Source: Lama guanicoe (taxonomy: Eukaryota). Taken from it: a stretch of 64,000 nt of DNA. The position numbers were made by a program, and so were the translations under genes. The first letter of the stretch is position 1. Each line of letters opens with the position of its first letter. The notes below the pieces were generated by a model that saw only the letters and a program-made list of their open reading frames with translations, was not told the origin of the DNA and searched no databases. Where the stretch lies: contig MU056050.1 of NCBI GenBank assembly GCA_013239625.1, positions 7,145,838 to 7,209,837 on the forward strand, in the 5' to 3' direction. Below, piece by piece: positions 60,661 to 64,000 of this stretch.

Positions 60661-63594
60661 AGGACCATTCTTTTTTATTTTAGATCCACACTCTGCTAAA
60701 GGTAAGCCCCATATCTGAATGGAGAATCTACAGTGTAGCTAATTCACTCTCAGGTAATCAACTGCTGGCTCTTGAACTAAAAATTAGAGCCTCTATTTAT
60801 TGACTATCAACTCTCTGTCTTCTCTCTGATAAGGAAATTATCAGTTAGGATATTTATGACTTTACAGCTAGAAATGACCACGACCAAAAATATCATTAGT
60901 CAGTGCCTTTCCTTGTTGAAAGTTTTCTCTTTCTGAGTATAATAGGCATGTTTCATAAGAGATACTCAAGTGAAATCCATAACCAGCAACGAATCTGAAA
61001 AATACCTCCAGACCTTTCTTTCATAGATCTTTCTTTCTCTCTTTGGGTACTGAGAACATCTTTTCTGTATTTTAAATGTGAAGGAAGAACCTTCAGAAGA
61101 AAGAATAAAAGAAATCACTCCTTCAGTTTCGTTGTTGTAAAAGAGAGTGCTTGGGAAATGTCCTGGAGGGGTAGCAGATCACAGCTGACTCAGATGCTTT
61201 GTCTCGTCTTTCCTTCCACAAGCCCTCAACAGGGACACGTTTCCTTACTTTTTCTTTAAAGATGCCTTCAAAGCATCCAGGATGCTGCTCCTGAATGAAA
61301 CTAATGGTGTTTTCTGCAAGACATGTTGTTTTGTGAATTTACAGGCTTCCAGGCTGTAGTCAGAAAGGAAACCTTTCCTGATGACCTACTCAATCTTTGG
61401 CCTTTAGAATCCAATCCAGTCAGTAACCATCATGCCAAGTTTAATTTAAGCAGCTGGCTCACTTCTAAGCCACAGGCTGTACATCTGTTTCTAACCCCCT
61501 TAAAACATTAAATGATCCAGTAAGCCATTTCTTAAGTGTGAGATTTTAACAGACTGGGGTTGATTAAGATATGAAAGACATCCTGAGAAGTTTTGGCCAT
61601 CTTGGATAGAAATGTAGCCTTACTGAAACCTGACTTCAATTTTATTAGAGCTGGCATTTAAAAAATTAGTAGGTATATTGAAGGGATGCTTATCCTCTTG
61701 AATTTTACTAGCAGATTCAAAGAGCTAGTTCTCGCTGCAGTAGGACAGACATAAGTCACACTGTTATATTGCAAAACACTGACAATAACTCACACTGTGG
61801 TTTACTGTCAAGAAACTCAAACAAAAAGAAGAAAGATCCCTCCTCACCAAACTTATTGCTTTTCTTTCAACCTGAAATTATTTTTGCAGTCTAATGTGAT
61901 GGTACTTTGCTTCCTAACCTAATTGTGTCAGTTTGAAATATTTGGTCACAAATCAGCTTCCCAGAGAAGATCCGTTTATAATGAACTGTCATGACTTTCT
62001 CTGAAGGAAGCTTCACTTAAAATAACAGGAAAAAACATATTCTGACTCACATTTTTTGATTATCAGTTAGCTCTCTCTTCCTGTCTTCTTTAGCTGTCAT
62101 TTCATGGTATATTTGTTTTCAAATTAGAAACACTTACACTTATGTATAATATCGAAAGATTCTTCTATGCCATTTGACCTCTTGCTTCTTTAAATGAAAT
62201 ACTTTACAAAGCAGAGAGATGCTTACACTAAAAAAGTCCTCAAGTCAATTTGTGATGTCATTCCTAAAGAGCTACTCTAAGCATAATGTTATTAGTATAA
62301 CCCCACGTCTATCTATAGTCTTTTGGCTACACACTCCATTTTATGCATGAAGCAAAACAGAGCTAAGTAGCTAAGTAGCAGCTCTGGGACATTTTAGAAG
62401 CTCTGATAGTATGAGGAAAGTCCTGCTAAATAGAGCAGCTTTGGCACTTTTCAATTAAATGCTTGATAAATGAATTTGTCTGGGATTGTGCTCGTTTCTT
62501 TAATAGCACCCACAAAACTGGAAAGTGAGTTGGTTTTATGAAGTGGAAGAATTAAAAGCATATTGCAAATGGCCTCCAGAAGAAAACACTTTCAATCATT
62601 TGTTTCAACTACACCAAGGTTGCCAGTTCTCAACAGCACTCTGGGGGAAGTCACTAAGCTAGCAAACACACTAGAGCCTGTGTGTATTGCATCTTCCTGA
62701 GCTGAGCACAGAAGATAAAGAGCACGAGCTCTTGTAGAACTGTAGAACTGTGGAATTGATTTCTGGCTCTTGGTCTAAACTCCTAATCTCTTCCTTCTGA
62801 GGCATTAAAATCAGGCAGTTCTGGTCAATGGGCCTTTCTTTTCAGAGGATAACTTCAGTTGAATGTTCAGGCATAAAGGAGATTAGGGAAGTATGACAGG
62901 GAGATGCTATCAGTAGACTTTACTCGCCTGAAATAGACTGGGCACCCGATGCATGGTTGTGATATAATAATCCATTTAGAAGTTAGCAGACTTTCTCAGA
63001 GGTCCTCACTGACGGTTCTTTTTGCTGCAGGCTCTCAGTAGGCACAGTCCCATTTTGCCTTCCCTGTTGCTGTTATCTAGCTTTAGAATATTGTGTCTCC
63101 TTGTTAGCTTTCCTAGGTTCCTTCTCTTTTGATTTTGGCTGTTTCACCTGCAGCAGCTCATTATGATACTAGATGGAGTGTCTGCAAAGAAATGTCAATG
63201 CTCTATTTGTACTTGTTTCTTTGTTTAATGAAATGCTTAATTAAAAGTATTTTGTGTCACATGGGTTTTGTATGTTGCTATTTGCTTGACAGATGAAGCA
63301 GGGTTGAGGTGTGCACTCTGATCTTCTCCAAAAAGGAAGACAGGAATGTTAGGGATGGATAGACATTTTATTCACTGAAAAGCACTCTCTCTAGAACTTT
63401 AAGAAATGCCAAGGACTCACACCTAAAAGCATAGCCCTTGATTCAAGAATTACCCTGGAGAGAGGCTTTTAATCCCCAATCAACCAAACATTCCACATTG
63501 ATACCTATTGATTGGTAGGAATTTCAGGGCATTTTCACTGTCACTGAAAAGGGAGAAGGGCGCAAGGGAAAAGTGTTACTTAGGACTCATGTAC

Positions 63595-63702
63595 CTTTTC
63601 TTTAAGATTTTCCAACATTTTTTCCACCTGTAACTTGTCATCTTTGATTTTTTCAAGTTCAGCTTCTTTCCTTTTGTATTCCTCTTGGACTTTGAGTAGA
63701 TG
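63595..63702 (-). CDS. ENOX2: ENOX2 coding exon (4th from last), HLLKVQEEYKRKEAELEKIKDDKLQVEKMLENLKEK
   Basis: Acceptor tcttgtag, 108 bp, phase 0/0, donor gtacat. The peptide matches the recalled ENOX2 coiled-coil region and joins in frame to the next exon. Confidence 0.93.
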
Positions 63703-64000
63703 CTACAAGATAGACCAAAGACAAGTAAGTCTTAAGGAACCACATTTCACTTAAAAACCCTGGCTGAAGTTAGATATTAGGCAGGCCTGCCTCACTTTCT
63801 CCCAGCACACACAATCATTTCTCCATGCAGATACTAAGAGGAAAATCAAGATACTTTTCACTTGAAGTTATTTTATCTGGCTCTTATGAACTTCTTTTGG
63901 AATTGTTCATATTTTAGAAAGAGTCTGAGAAACTAATTGATCTAATCACGTAACTTTCCTATTCCAGCCAGATGTAAGGGTAGGGTGCAGTTAATACTAC

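Overview
Mammalian genomic DNA (AT-rich, CpG-poor, dominated by interspersed repeats). It is probably camelid, judging from Vic-1-type tRNA-Ala SINEs and a shared young L1 3' end, and probably X-linked because it carries ENOX2. The right end holds the last four coding exons and the 3' UTR of ENOX2 on the minus strand (63702 to ~52950), with intact GT-AG sites and a continuous frame. About 6 kb past the ENOX2 3' end is a decayed, intron-containing three-exon fragment of SPG11 (spatacsin; 45767-46842, plus strand); SPG11 is autosomal in human, so this is the most unexpected element here. The remainder is nested L1, L2, MIR, MaLR/ERVL/ERV1 LTRs, hAT elements and a CR1 relic, plus weak exon-like segments at 21.5-29.6 kb that may belong to an unannotated or decaying gene. 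I see no prokaryotic-type system such as CRISPR or operons. Gene and repeat identities come from recalled sequences, not database searches, and repeat boundaries are approximate unless a TSD is given.
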